Assembly: GCA_021414205.1 (NCBI GenBank)
Contig: JAIOOW010000003.1
Coordinates: 128,048 to 192,047 of the forward strand
Direction: 5' to 3'
Origin: Candidatus Anderseniibacteriota bacterium
GTDB taxonomy: Bacteria > Patescibacteriota > Andersenbacteria > UBA10190
Length of the DNA stretch: 64,000 nucleotides
The notes under the pieces were generated by a model. It had not been told where the DNA came from and ran no database searches. It saw only the letters and a program-made list of their open reading frames with translations. Positions 38,268 to 47,774 of this stretch are shown in pieces. The translations under genes were made by a program, and so were the position numbers. How positions within the stretch are numbered: the first letter of the stretch is position 1; the number at the start of each line of letters is the position of its first letter.

Positions 38268-39946
38268 TGAAATCCGTTCGCATTATATTTCAAGCGTGCA
38301 TCACTGCTTGTTTTGTTATTGTGGCAGGGGGCGTAGCTCTCAGAATGTTTTACGCAGATCGCGTTCCGCCTCATATGTACATTGGTGCATTTCCGGTAGG
38401 AGGGGCTTCTGTAACGCAGTTATCTGGAGTGTTATTGGCATACGAGCAGCAACTCATGCAAGCGCCTATCACGATTACATTTCGCGGAAGGAAAACAGTG
38501 CGTACGTTTCAGGATTTAGGTGTGGCAGTTGATCAGGATAAGACGATACAGCAGATTGTGAGTGCAAGCCACGGCGTGAGTGTTGCAACTCCTGTCCGCA
38601 TTGTGCCAGTGCTCACGTTCCAAGATGAAAAAGCGCGGGCGCTGCTCAGTCAGGATTTTGCTGAAGTATTATCGCTTCCAAAAGATGCAGCTCTTGCAAT
38701 CGATCCTACATTTCATGTCTCCATCACGCAGAGCGCTGTAGGAGAAGATTTTGAAATGAAGATGCTCGATAGCGCCATTGCCCAAGGTGCTGGCATGCCG
38801 AGTATGCCGATTATTTCAGCAAGTACCACTGCATCCGATCCGAAAGTTACCGAACGAGAGGTTGCGCAGGTGGAAGCCTTTGCACAGGCGCTTGCAAATA
38901 CGGGATTCCACCTAACGTACGGAGATAAATCCTTTTTGATAAGCAGGGAGGAAGTTGGAAAGATGATGCAGTTTGTCCCATCACCGTCCGCGCATATCGC
39001 ATTCGATAGCGCCTTATTGAAAGGATATTTCGAAAGCAGGCTTACGGTGCAGATTCATGTCGAGCCGGTAAATGCCAGGTTTCAGGTTGAAGACGGTACG
39101 GTAAAGCAATTTGCGCTTCCGAAAAACGGCGTTGATCTCGATGAGGACGCAACGATGAAGGCTATTGCGGACGCTCTCATGCAAAGCAGTTCGAAGGCAG
39201 AACTTGCCGTAAAAGAAATACAGCCTGCGTTTACAGATGTTGCCAGCAGCTCATCGCTGGGAATTACAAAGCTGATCGCAACGGGAGAAACGGATTTCAG
39301 GGGATCCCCGAAGAATCGAACGGTAAATATTAAAGTTGGCTCAGAAAAATTTAATGGCATACTGGTTGCCCCTGGCGAGGAATTTTCGTTCGATAAGCTG
39401 CTTGGTCCCGTAGACGCCAGTACGGGGTATTTGCCAGAGCTCGTGATTAAAGACAATGCGACGCTCCCGGAATACGGCGGAGGACTGTGCCAAGTATCTA
39501 CAACCGTATTTAGAGCTGCGATGCAGGCGGGGGTAAAAATTACGGAACGACATAACCATTCGTACGCGGTTCGATATTATGGAACGCCCGGATTTGACGC
39601 CACGATTTATCCGCCGTATACTGATTTTCGTTTCCTCAACAATACGCCCGGCTATCTTCTGATACAGACGCACATAGATGGCACAAAACTTTTCTTTGAG
39701 TTTTGGGGTACAGATGATGGGCGACAAGTAACAATCGACGGGCCACATCCGTACGATAGAAAGCCTGACGGTTCCGTAAAATCAGTGCTTAAGCGAATAG
39801 TAACTGATAAAGATGGTAACGTTATCGAAAACGATACGTTTAACAGCAATTATAAATCTCCAACATTATATCCACATGAACCAGCCAAGCAAGCGACAAA
39901 TTCCAACTCCGCCTCCAGTGAGAGTGCGGCAGACGGCAACGCATAG
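38264..39946 (+). CDS. VanW-domain protein with N-terminal PG-binding-like region
   Basis: TM anchor; PGEEFSF, GGGLCQVSTT, HNHS, GFDATIY. Confidence 0.88.
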   Translation: MMKSVRIIFQACITACFVIVAGGVALRMFYADRVPPHMYIGAFPVGGASVTQLSGVLLAYEQQLMQAPITITFRGRKTVRTFQDLGVAVDQDKTIQQIVSASHGVSVATPVRIVPVLTFQDEKARALLSQDFAEVLSLPKDAALAIDPTFHVSITQSAVGEDFEMKMLDSAIAQGAGMPSMPIISASTTASDPKVTEREVAQVEAFAQALANTGFHLTYGDKSFLISREEVGKMMQFVPSPSAHIAFDSALLKGYFESRLTVQIHVEPVNARFQVEDGTVKQFALPKNGVDLDEDATMKAIADALMQSSSKAELAVKEIQPAFTDVASSSSLGITKLIATGETDFRGSPKNRTVNIKVGSEKFNGILVAPGEEFSFDKLLGPVDASTGYLPELVIKDNATLPEYGGGLCQVSTTVFRAAMQAGVKITERHNHSYAVRYYGTPGFDATIYPPYTDFRFLNNTPGYLLIQTHIDGTKLFFEFWGTDDGRQVTIDGPHPYDRKPDGSVKSVLKRIVTDKDGNVIENDTFNSNYKSPTLYPHEPAKQATNSNSASSESAADGNA

Positions 39947-40502
39947 AAAGCCAAAGCCAGTTGCGCCGCGCAAGAGGGTTGTTCGACATCAGCGAAAAAC
40001 GCACCGTACCGTTCGAAGAGAGTTATCTGCAGGCGGTGTTGCCGTTCGTGAAGAGCGAGGGATTTGGCATGTGGCGCTTTTGAAAACGGAACATCGTCGC
40101 GGAAGCGTGTGGGTGTTGCCGAAAGGGCATGTTGAGATGGATCGTAAGGAGCGCGTTGCTGATGCCGCGAAGCGAGAAGTGCAGGAAGAGGCTGGTATTA
40201 TGGAATTGGAAGTGCGAGAGCAGTTGGGAACGACGCGGTTCGTATTCCAGGCAGAGTCCGCATTGGTAAAAAAGACAGTGCACTACTTTTTAATGATCAC
40301 TACTCAAAAAGAATTGATCCCTCAGGCAGAAGAAGGGTTTATTGATGCCGGATGGTTTCCGATTGAGGTGGCAATTACGATGCTGGAATACGATACGGAT
40401 CAGGATATCGTATCAAAAGCGAAAGATATTCTAGAGGGCAAGAAGCCGGAACAAGATACGAATCCGCCTAAGCCGTTCAAACAAATTAAAATTCACTCGT
40501 AA
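39876..40502 (+). CDS. NUDIX hydrolase (Ap4A hydrolase-like) with basic N-terminus
   Basis: SAGGV, LPKGH, AKREVQEEAG; start uncertain. Confidence 0.85.
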   Translation: MNQPSKRQIPTPPPVRVRQTATHRKPKPVAPRKRVVRHQRKTHRTVRRELSAGGVAVREERGIWHVALLKTEHRRGSVWVLPKGHVEMDRKERVADAAKREVQEEAGIMELEVREQLGTTRFVFQAESALVKKTVHYFLMITTQKELIPQAEEGFIDAGWFPIEVAITMLEYDTDQDIVSKAKDILEGKKPEQDTNPPKPFKQIKIHS

Positions 40503-40504
40503 GC

Positions 40505-41518
40505 TTACCTGAGTAATCCTTGCAATAGATCTTCCGGATGCATGCCTGCATGCCGCAATTGATGAACGATTGGAGTTCCCGGAGTAAAGGTTGGAATGGT
40601 GTTGAAGTCGAGCACGTCTACGGACCCGTTATTGGCGATCATATCCACCGTTGCAATACCGTCGCATCCTAACGACTCGTACACATCGCGCGCAATTGAC
40701 TGTGCTTGATGGATGATTGAATTATGCGGACCATGATCGTGGAAAAATAAATTATCATGGCCAGATTGTTTTATCTGGTAGTCAAAAAAAGAATTTTTTG
40801 GCGTTACGATGCTTGGCGGAAGGGAGGATAGCTTGCCCTGTTTGTTTTTATATACTGTTACAGAGAGTTCATCGCCGTGCCGCTGTTCCTGTACAAGGCT
40901 GTCGTCGTTTGATGCATGAATAGCCTCGATAGCGCGTTCTAAGTCCTGCTCTGTTTTAATATGCATAATGCCGTGGCTTCCGGCGCCATGAACGGGTTTT
41001 ATGAAAAATGGAAGACTGAAAAAAGTTCGCAATATCTCGCCAATTTCATAGAGGCCAGTTTGTTTTTTGATTATTTGCGAGTAGGGCGTAGGAGCGATGT
41101 CTGAAATGGTATGTGCAAAGTGGTCTTTGTTGTATGCAAGCTTGCTTGCACGGGCATCTGAGCCCTTTATCGGTAATTGCAGTATGTCGGCAAAGCTGTG
41201 CATTGCGCCATCGTCGCCGCCGCGTCCGCGAAGCGTGGTTATGATCGAATCGATCGGGCGATGAAGTAATTTATGAATTGCTTCTTTTGGATCTTGAGCG
41301 GGCGTTGCCTGAGCAAGCATGTCCATCGCGCGCGCAACATTTCCAGTTTTTGGTAAGTGGCCAAGAGGAACTTTCCATAGTCCGTCATGGGTTACATGCA
41401 CGGGGGTAACGTCGTATTCTGATTTGGGTACATATTGGCAGATCCATGCACCAGATTGGCGCGACGTATCCGCGTGGTGCGCTTCTCCTCCATAAAATAC
41501 GACGACTCGAGGCTTCAT
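40505..41518 (-). CDS. D-Ala-D-Ala ligase-like ATP-grasp protein, degenerate
   Basis: VFYGG, GRGGDDG, FIKP..GS.GI, FFDY..K, NTIP. Confidence 0.8.
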   Translation of the reverse strand: MKPRVVVFYGGEAHHADTSRQSGAWICQYVPKSEYDVTPVHVTHDGLWKVPLGHLPKTGNVARAMDMLAQATPAQDPKEAIHKLLHRPIDSIITTLRGRGGDDGAMHSFADILQLPIKGSDARASKLAYNKDHFAHTISDIAPTPYSQIIKKQTGLYEIGEILRTFFSLPFFIKPVHGAGSHGIMHIKTEQDLERAIEAIHASNDDSLVQEQRHGDELSVTVYKNKQGKLSSLPPSIVTPKNSFFDYQIKQSGHDNLFFHDHGPHNSIIHQAQSIARDVYESLGCDGIATVDMIANNGSVDVLDFNTIPTFTPGTPIVHQLRHAGMHPEDLLQGLLR

Positions 41519-41551
41519 GAAAAGCATTATAGCATATGTCGCTTGTGAAGG

Positions 41552-41636
41552 CGGAGAGGGAGAGATTCGAACTCTCGATACCTTGCGGTATACACGCTTT
41601 CCAAGCGTGCGCACTAGGCCACTATGCGACCTCTCC
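41552..41636 (-). tRNA. tRNA-Ser(GGA)
   Basis: CACGC-TT GGA AA-GCGTG; long variable arm. Confidence 0.94.
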
Positions 41637-41647
41637 AAAAAACTATT

Positions 41648-41723
41648 TGGTGATCCCGGGAGGACTCGAACCTCCGGCCCCCGGCTCCGCAAGCCGATGC
41701 TCTATCCGCTGAGCTACGAGATC
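41648..41723 (-). tRNA. tRNA-Arg(GCG)
   Basis: TCGGC-TT GCG GA-GCCGG; CCA encoded. Confidence 0.92.
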
Positions 41724-41791
41724 ATGTAACGTATTGTACAGCATGAGGGGATTCTAGGTTTTTGTCCATAGGGATATGGTATACTGCGCAT

Positions 41792-42382
41792 ATGGACGTG
41801 AATAAAGCAAAGAGGAATGTCGTTGCTCGCGGTCAGCAGGATCCGCGCGTGAAGCGAGAATTGGAAGAGATGCAAAGAACGGATGATTTGCGAAAAATAG
41901 ACGACGACGTAGAAGATGTTGCCACTTTGCTTGATTGGTCGGCGCTTGAGCATATTCACCAAATCCGAAATCCGCAATGGTTTGCAGTGTTCGCGGCAGT
42001 GATTGCGCTGATAGCAATCGGGTTTATTTTTATGGGGAATTTTATCGCAAGTCTTACGATCGCAATGATCGGAGGATACATGTTTATTGTAGCTCAGCAT
42101 AAGCCGTCAAAGATTCGATACAGGCTGCTTACTGAAGGGGTGGCATTGAACACGACGCTCTACCATTATAAGGATTTGGATTCGTTTAATATCATATATG
42201 AGCCGGGGGACGTAAAGACGATTATTTTGAAAAGCAACAAGAGGATTATGCCGCTAATTCATATGGAAATCGGGAATGCTGACCCGGTGGCAATTCGTGA
42301 AATTCTCATACAGTTTGTTCAAGAAGATATACATCTCGAAGAGCCGTTGATAGATATCTGGGCGCGAAGACTAGGATTTTAA
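41792..42382 (+). CDS. Membrane hypothetical protein (two TM helices plus soluble C-terminal domain)
   Basis: WSALEH...W, paired hydrophobic helices. Confidence 0.75.
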   Translation: MDVNKAKRNVVARGQQDPRVKRELEEMQRTDDLRKIDDDVEDVATLLDWSALEHIHQIRNPQWFAVFAAVIALIAIGFIFMGNFIASLTIAMIGGYMFIVAQHKPSKIRYRLLTEGVALNTTLYHYKDLDSFNIIYEPGDVKTIILKSNKRIMPLIHMEIGNADPVAIREILIQFVQEDIHLEEPLIDIWARRLGF

Positions 42383-42805
42383 ATACAGTGTTTTGAAATA
42401 CGCGTTCATTGCATCGCACTCTTCTGTACTAAAGAATTTTTCCGCGGGGAAGTGAAAATCGTTTTTATGAATCCACTGATACGATTCATGCTCCTCTGAT
42501 AATTGTATCTCTCCAGACCTATATGTTCCTCCGTATATTGTGAGCAATACGGGCATTTTTAACGTGTCGTGATATCTGCGAAATTGGAACAGCGGTTTAT
42601 TGATAGTGTATGTAATATCTGCTCCTAATTCTTCTGTAACTTCTCGTCGAAGAATATCTTCGAGCGGTACAGTAAATTCGTCAGCGTTTATTCGTCCTCC
42701 TGGCAAATCGAGCAAGCTTTTGTAGGTGTCTTGCAAGATCAAGAACTCATCGCTTTTGTGCAGGAGTAGCTTGAGGGCTACTTGGTATATTGCAAGTTCT
42801 GCCAT
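42371..42805 (-). CDS. NUDIX hydrolase
   Basis: DLPGG...REVTEELG, LSEEH. Confidence 0.88.
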   Translation of the reverse strand: MAELAIYQVALKLLLHKSDEFLILQDTYKSLLDLPGGRINADEFTVPLEDILRREVTEELGADITYTINKPLFQFRRYHDTLKMPVLLTIYGGTYRSGEIQLSEEHESYQWIHKNDFHFPAEKFFSTEECDAMNAYFKTLYLKS

Positions 42806-42811
42806 ATTAGT

Positions 42812-42886
42812 TGGTGCACCCAGAGGGATTCGAACCCCCGACCGTATCCTTAAGAGGGATCTGCTCTACCACTGAGCTATGAGTGC
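42812..42886 (-). tRNA. tRNA-Lys(CTT)
   Basis: ATCC-CT CTT AA-GGAT; CCA encoded. Confidence 0.93.
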
Positions 42887-42948
42887 ATTATTACCTAAGT
42901 TAGGCAATAGTTTACATTCTACTCAAATCCCGTAATACTGCAATATAC

Positions 42949-43035
42949 GGAGACGTGGCTGAGTGGTCGAAAGCGCCTCACTGCTAACGAGGTAGGGTGT
43001 CAAAGCTCTCGGAGGTTCGAATCCTCCCGTCTCCG
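42949..43035 (+). tRNA. tRNA-Ser(GCT)
   Basis: Anticodon loop CT GCT AA; long variable arm. Confidence 0.92.
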
Positions 43036-43038
43036 CAC

Positions 43039-44889
43039 ATGACATATCGATCCTTTATTCCGGTACTTGTTTTTACGGCCCTCATTGGGGCAGGCGTATT
43101 ATATGCGCTGAATATGAGTGTTCTGATGAATTGGGTGTTGCTTGGCGCCGTGATTATAGGGGCAACCCCTCTTGTTCTTGATGTTGTAAAGTCGTTGCTT
43201 GCACGGCATTTTGGCGTGGATATTTTAGCTATTGTGGCTATTATTGCAGCAGCATTGCTCGGCCAATATTTAGCTGGCGCAGTTATTTTATTGATGCTAT
43301 CTGGCGGAGAAGCGCTGGAAGCGTTTGCGTTGCGCCGGGCGCGCAAGGATTTTTCCACGCTTGTTTCTAATGCGCCAGTGAGCGCGCATAAGAAATCGGG
43401 CGATATGGTTACTGACGTTGCAGTTCAGGAAGTTGTTCCAGGAGATATTGTTATTGTAAAACCCGGGGAGGTTGTGCCGATGGATGGGGAAGTTATTTCG
43501 GGTGTTTCTGCCGTAGATGAATCGATGCTTACTGGCGAGTCGTTACCGTTAGAAAAAATAAAAGGATCGATGGTGATGAGTGGAAGCATTAATATGCAAG
43601 GAGTGTTGGAGGTGAACGTGCTTCGACCAAGCAGCGAGAGTCAGTATGAGCAGATTATTCGGCTTGTTCGGGAAGCGGAAGAAAATCGAGCACCGTTTGT
43701 TCGGTTAGCTGACCGATACAGCGTGTGGTTTACGGTACTTGCGTTTACGCTCGCCGGTATTGCATGGGCTATTTCGGGAGATGCGTTGCGCGCACTGGCC
43801 GTCCTCGTAGTGGCGACTCCATGTCCATTGATTTTAGCAACTCCGATTGCGTTTGCATCGGGTATCAGCCGAGCCGCGAAAAGAGGAATTATTATTAAGA
43901 GCGGAGGAGAAATCGAAAAGCTGGCTCAGGCAGTGTGCGTTGTGTTTGATAAGACGGGGACCCTCACGTTCGGAGTCCCGGATGTGGTTAAGGTCATTGC
44001 GTATAGCACTTCTGAACAAGAAGTAGTGCGCATCGCAGCATCCGCAGATCAGCTTTCAGCTCACATTCTCGCAAGTGCACTTAAAAAACATGCACTTGGG
44101 CAGAAAGCGGACTTGTTTTTCCCGGACGAATTTCATGAAACGATAGGGCAGGGAGTTCGCGCGATGTTTGGCGGGCAGACGTATGTAGTAGGTAGGCTTT
44201 CGTGGCTCATACAGGAAGGAGTTTCTGTGTCTGCAGATGTAATTGCTCAGCACGATGCAGAGCGCGAAGAGGGGAAGATGGCAGTTGGTGTTGCTGTAGA
44301 TGGGCAGCTCATTGGATTGTTGTTTTTGGAAGATACGATTCGGGATGATATTAAACAGCTGCTGCTTGGATTGCCCAGTCTTGGCATACAGCATGTCGTA
44401 ATGCTTACCGGGGACAAGAAGGCGGTGGCAGAACGTATTGCCCGCGAGGCCGGCATTGAGCTATCGAATGTGCATGCAGATCTGTTGCCGGAAGAAAAAG
44501 TTGCTGAAGTGAAGCAATTGCAAGCAACGTATGCGCATGTTGTGATGGTTGGGGACGGAGTGAACGATGCGCCTGCGCTTGCAACGGCGGATGTTGGCAT
44601 AGCATTGGCTGCGCGGGGCTCTACGGCGGCATCGGAATCCGCGGACATTGTCGTGTTGGTTGATAAGGCAGAACGAGTAGGAGATGCTCTTCGAATCAGT
44701 AGGCGCGTATTGCATATTGCGAAGCAAAGTATTTTTATAGGGATTGGCTTGAGTGTTGCGCTGATGCTTGTCGCAGTTGCTGGGTACATAACGCCGGTGT
44801 TTGGCGCTATGCTTCAGGAAATCATTGATGTCATTGTTATTTTTAACGCTCTGCGTGTACTTATTATTCGATTTGAGAGGGCGCGGTAA
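43039..44889 (+). CDS. Heavy-metal P1B-type ATPase (PCP motif, P1B-5-like)
   Basis: TGES, TPCP, DKTGT, GDGVNDAP, QEIID. Confidence 0.93.
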   Translation: MTYRSFIPVLVFTALIGAGVLYALNMSVLMNWVLLGAVIIGATPLVLDVVKSLLARHFGVDILAIVAIIAAALLGQYLAGAVILLMLSGGEALEAFALRRARKDFSTLVSNAPVSAHKKSGDMVTDVAVQEVVPGDIVIVKPGEVVPMDGEVISGVSAVDESMLTGESLPLEKIKGSMVMSGSINMQGVLEVNVLRPSSESQYEQIIRLVREAEENRAPFVRLADRYSVWFTVLAFTLAGIAWAISGDALRALAVLVVATPCPLILATPIAFASGISRAAKRGIIIKSGGEIEKLAQAVCVVFDKTGTLTFGVPDVVKVIAYSTSEQEVVRIAASADQLSAHILASALKKHALGQKADLFFPDEFHETIGQGVRAMFGGQTYVVGRLSWLIQEGVSVSADVIAQHDAEREEGKMAVGVAVDGQLIGLLFLEDTIRDDIKQLLLGLPSLGIQHVVMLTGDKKAVAERIAREAGIELSNVHADLLPEEKVAEVKQLQATYAHVVMVGDGVNDAPALATADVGIALAARGSTAASESADIVVLVDKAERVGDALRISRRVLHIAKQSIFIGIGLSVALMLVAVAGYITPVFGAMLQEIIDVIVIFNALRVLIIRFERAR

Positions 44890-44910
44890 GTTGAATGGTA
44901 TACTTGGAGC

Positions 44911-46071
44911 ATGCACAAGAATTTTTGGGGGGATTATAATGCAGCAAGTTTTGATCGTCTTGCGCACGATATACAAACACAGTATTTGATTGTCGGTGGA
45001 GGGATTACGGGTCTTGCTGCGGCATATTTTTTATTAGAGCATGGTGAAAAAGATATTGTGCTTATTGAAAAACATACGATTGGTTCTGGATCGACAGGGC
45101 ATTCCGCCGGGATGCTGGTAACTGGAATGGAGACATCTTCATGGACTCACCTTATTCGTACGCATGGACTACCCGAAGCTCGCGCATATTGGGATGCTCA
45201 AAATCGGGCAGTGGACCTTATAACTGCGCTTGTAGAAGAAGGGCATATTCAATGCGATTTGTTCCCGGAAGAACATCTTCGGCTTGCAGGAAATGCGGTA
45301 GCGCAAAAACAGCTTTTGCAAGACTTTAGCGCGCATAAGATGATGCATAGCCGAGTAAGCGATCTTGAAGGAGAAAAACTTGCAGAAGAATTTCCGGCAG
45401 ATGAATTTGAAAGCGCAGAGCGAACAACGAAAAATGTATCGGTGAATCCGTTATCGCTTGCTCGCGGGTTTGCGCGGTATTTGCAAAAGAGAGGGGTGCG
45501 CATTTTTGAGCATACCGAGCTACTGTCTGCTGCAGGCGGGCATGCGCAAACCAATCACGGCGCAATTACCTATAGCCGCATTGTTCGATGCATGGGTGTG
45601 AGCGAAAAAGATAAGCATATACAGCCATTTCTTACAACGATATGCGTGACGCGAGTGCTTACGACAAAAGAGAAAGAGGCAATAGGTCTGCTGGATAATG
45701 ACATGTTTGAAGATGTTGAAACGCGGTCGTATCACTACGGGAAAATTACGGGAGACAATAGGCTGCTCGTAGGGTATGGAGATACAAAACATACCAGCGG
45801 ATTTACATACGGATACACCCATTTGCCTCATGTGCATAGTATTGAGCGTTTTATTGCGCGTGTGTTCGATACTATTACTCCAAACATAGAATACGCATGG
45901 AGCGCAGAGTTTGCTTTATCAAAATCGGAATTGCCAGTTGTGCGAGTTGGCGAGGAAGAAGTGCTTGTAAACGGGGCCGGCACTCAAATTGCATCTATCG
46001 CAGTTGTTTCGTATGCAATAAGCAAATTACTGGGGAAGCGGCATGTGCTTGACGAGTTATTTGGGAGCTAG
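44911..46071 (+). CDS. FAD-dependent oxidoreductase (DAO/PuuB-like)
   Basis: IVGGGITG, GSTGHSAG, NP..LA.G. Confidence 0.85.
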   Translation: MHKNFWGDYNAASFDRLAHDIQTQYLIVGGGITGLAAAYFLLEHGEKDIVLIEKHTIGSGSTGHSAGMLVTGMETSSWTHLIRTHGLPEARAYWDAQNRAVDLITALVEEGHIQCDLFPEEHLRLAGNAVAQKQLLQDFSAHKMMHSRVSDLEGEKLAEEFPADEFESAERTTKNVSVNPLSLARGFARYLQKRGVRIFEHTELLSAAGGHAQTNHGAITYSRIVRCMGVSEKDKHIQPFLTTICVTRVLTTKEKEAIGLLDNDMFEDVETRSYHYGKITGDNRLLVGYGDTKHTSGFTYGYTHLPHVHSIERFIARVFDTITPNIEYAWSAEFALSKSELPVVRVGEEEVLVNGAGTQIASIAVVSYAISKLLGKRHVLDELFGS

Positions 46072-46082
46072 ATTTACTATGT

Positions 46083-46403
46083 ATGAAAACTATCTCTTTT
46101 ATCCCTCCCAAAAACGTTGCTGAAGCTGCATCGCTAGGGCTGGAATTCCGAAAGAAATTTGGGCGCGGGGGAACGGAGATCGGTATTGCGCGAGCTCAAG
46201 AATTAAGACGTAGAGAAACAATAAGCCTGGAAACGATTATGCGAATGGTTAGCTATTTTGCGCGACACGAAGTAGATAAAAAGGCCCCTCGGTTTGGCGA
46301 TATGGAAAATCCGAGTAATGGATATATCGCATGGCTCTTGTGGGGTGGCGATGAAGGAAAGAAGTGGGCAGAAGGATTAAAGGAAATTATTCGTTCCGCA
46401 TAA
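46083..46403 (+). CDS. Conserved-looking hypothetical protein
   Basis: GRGGT..GIARA, RMVSYFARH, GYIAWLLWGG. Confidence 0.75.
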   Translation: MKTISFIPPKNVAEAASLGLEFRKKFGRGGTEIGIARAQELRRRETISLETIMRMVSYFARHEVDKKAPRFGDMENPSNGYIAWLLWGGDEGKKWAEGLKEIIRSA

Positions 46404-46451
46404 GGGCTCTGTGATGCCTTGTGTTGGATGCGAGAACTGAGGTACTCGCAT

Positions 46452-47045
46452 CTATTTTTGCCGTCGTTTTTTCTGTTGGACTAGCTTCGTAATCATTATC
46501 CTGCCAGCGCTATTTGATACGATGATTGCAACAAGCACAATTCCAAAATATACAGTCAGTATTTCAACATATGATGCAGACATATTTCTCCAACCGCCGA
46601 GAATGAGTGCTGAGTACCAGGATACTGCGGATATAGCTCCTGCCGTAAACATGAGAGGAGACTTTTTAATAAACTTTGGCGTGATAAGGGAGCGACTTTC
46701 GCGATGATGCAACATAGGGAGAACTTTTCGATGCATAAAGAATCCGTTTGCAATAAGAATTCCTACGATTGTGGCTTTGGCGTAAATTTTATGGAGGTTG
46801 TATGCGCTGATCACGGCTGAATTGCCCGATAGATACAGTAAGATGAATCCGAAACCAGATACTAACAGGATGAGGAGGCCAGCCCACACAATATCTGAAA
46901 CAGTGAGTAGGATTCTGTATTCGTCTTTATCTAATTTTCCGTCTTTTGTAAATTTGAAGAATAAATAATCGCTTACTGTTGCCCCACCTGCGCCCAGTGC
47001 CGTTCCAACGATATGCGCAATGATAAGTATATTGCGAATGTCCAT
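46452..47045 (-). CDS. Multi-pass membrane hypothetical protein
   Basis: HIVGTALGAGGA, several TM helices. Confidence 0.75.
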   Translation of the reverse strand: MDIRNILIIAHIVGTALGAGGATVSDYLFFKFTKDGKLDKDEYRILLTVSDIVWAGLLILLVSGFGFILLYLSGNSAVISAYNLHKIYAKATIVGILIANGFFMHRKVLPMLHHRESRSLITPKFIKKSPLMFTAGAISAVSWYSALILGGWRNMSASYVEILTVYFGIVLVAIIVSNSAGRIMITKLVQQKKRRQK

Positions 47046-47069
47046 ATCCGTAGTATACACTAGACATTC

Positions 47070-47774
47070 TTATCCTCGAGCAATTGTTGCGCACCAGATT
47101 TTCACATCTGGAAGTTCTGGAAAAGCTCGCGATGCAGACATCAAAGTTGCACCGGTAGTTGATACATCGTCTATTAAAATAATGATCGGTTTTCTTGCTA
47201 CGATATTGCTGTATTCTTGTTTTGAAATTGCCATTTCAAAAGCCTCGTGCATGTTGTGCGGACGTTCGTCGTGAGATAATTTTGCCTGGGATTTTGTTGC
47301 TTTTTTGCGCCTAAGAATGGGGGCGAGCTGAATATTACATAGAGCGCTTATCGCTTTTGCGACATCTTCGCTCTGATTGAATCCGCGCTGGCGTAGTTTG
47401 TTTTTGTGAAGAGGAATGGGCACCAGTATTGCGCACCTAGACAATGCATCTAAGGAATCGATCCGAGCAAGGTGCGGAATAATGAGCCCAGCGAGCGTGT
47501 CTGCTATTGGACGTATCCCTTTGAATTTGAGCCATTCAATTCCGCGCTGGAGCGCATGATTGGAATACGGGGCGACGGAAACAATGCCGGTAATATTTGT
47601 TTCCTCTCTGCAATTAATGCATGTTGTTCCTCTTGGCCGCTCTGTTTTACAGATGATGCATGATTGCGTAGCGATCGGCGCGTGCGCCCTGCAGCGTTCG
47701 CAATACCACGTGTCTTCGCATAAACAATCAACGCACCTGGCGGGTGCAAATGCATTGATAATCTCTTGTAACAT
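47070..47774 (-). CDS. comF: ComF family phosphoribosyltransferase-like competence protein
   Basis: Zn ribbon CxxC pairs, VPIPLH, RGFNQS, LIDDVSTTGATL. Confidence 0.93.
   Translation of the reverse strand: MLQEIINAFAPARCVDCLCEDTWYCERCRAHAPIATQSCIICKTERPRGTTCINCREETNITGIVSVAPYSNHALQRGIEWLKFKGIRPIADTLAGLIIPHLARIDSLDALSRCAILVPIPLHKNKLRQRGFNQSEDVAKAISALCNIQLAPILRRKKATKSQAKLSHDERPHNMHEAFEMAISKQEYSNIVARKPIIILIDDVSTTGATLMSASRAFPELPDVKIWCATIARG

Noticed and set aside
41519-41692. N-terminal ORF extensions of ddl (and of the P-type ATPase from 42997)
   Set aside because: They run through tRNA genes; downstream ATGs fit better
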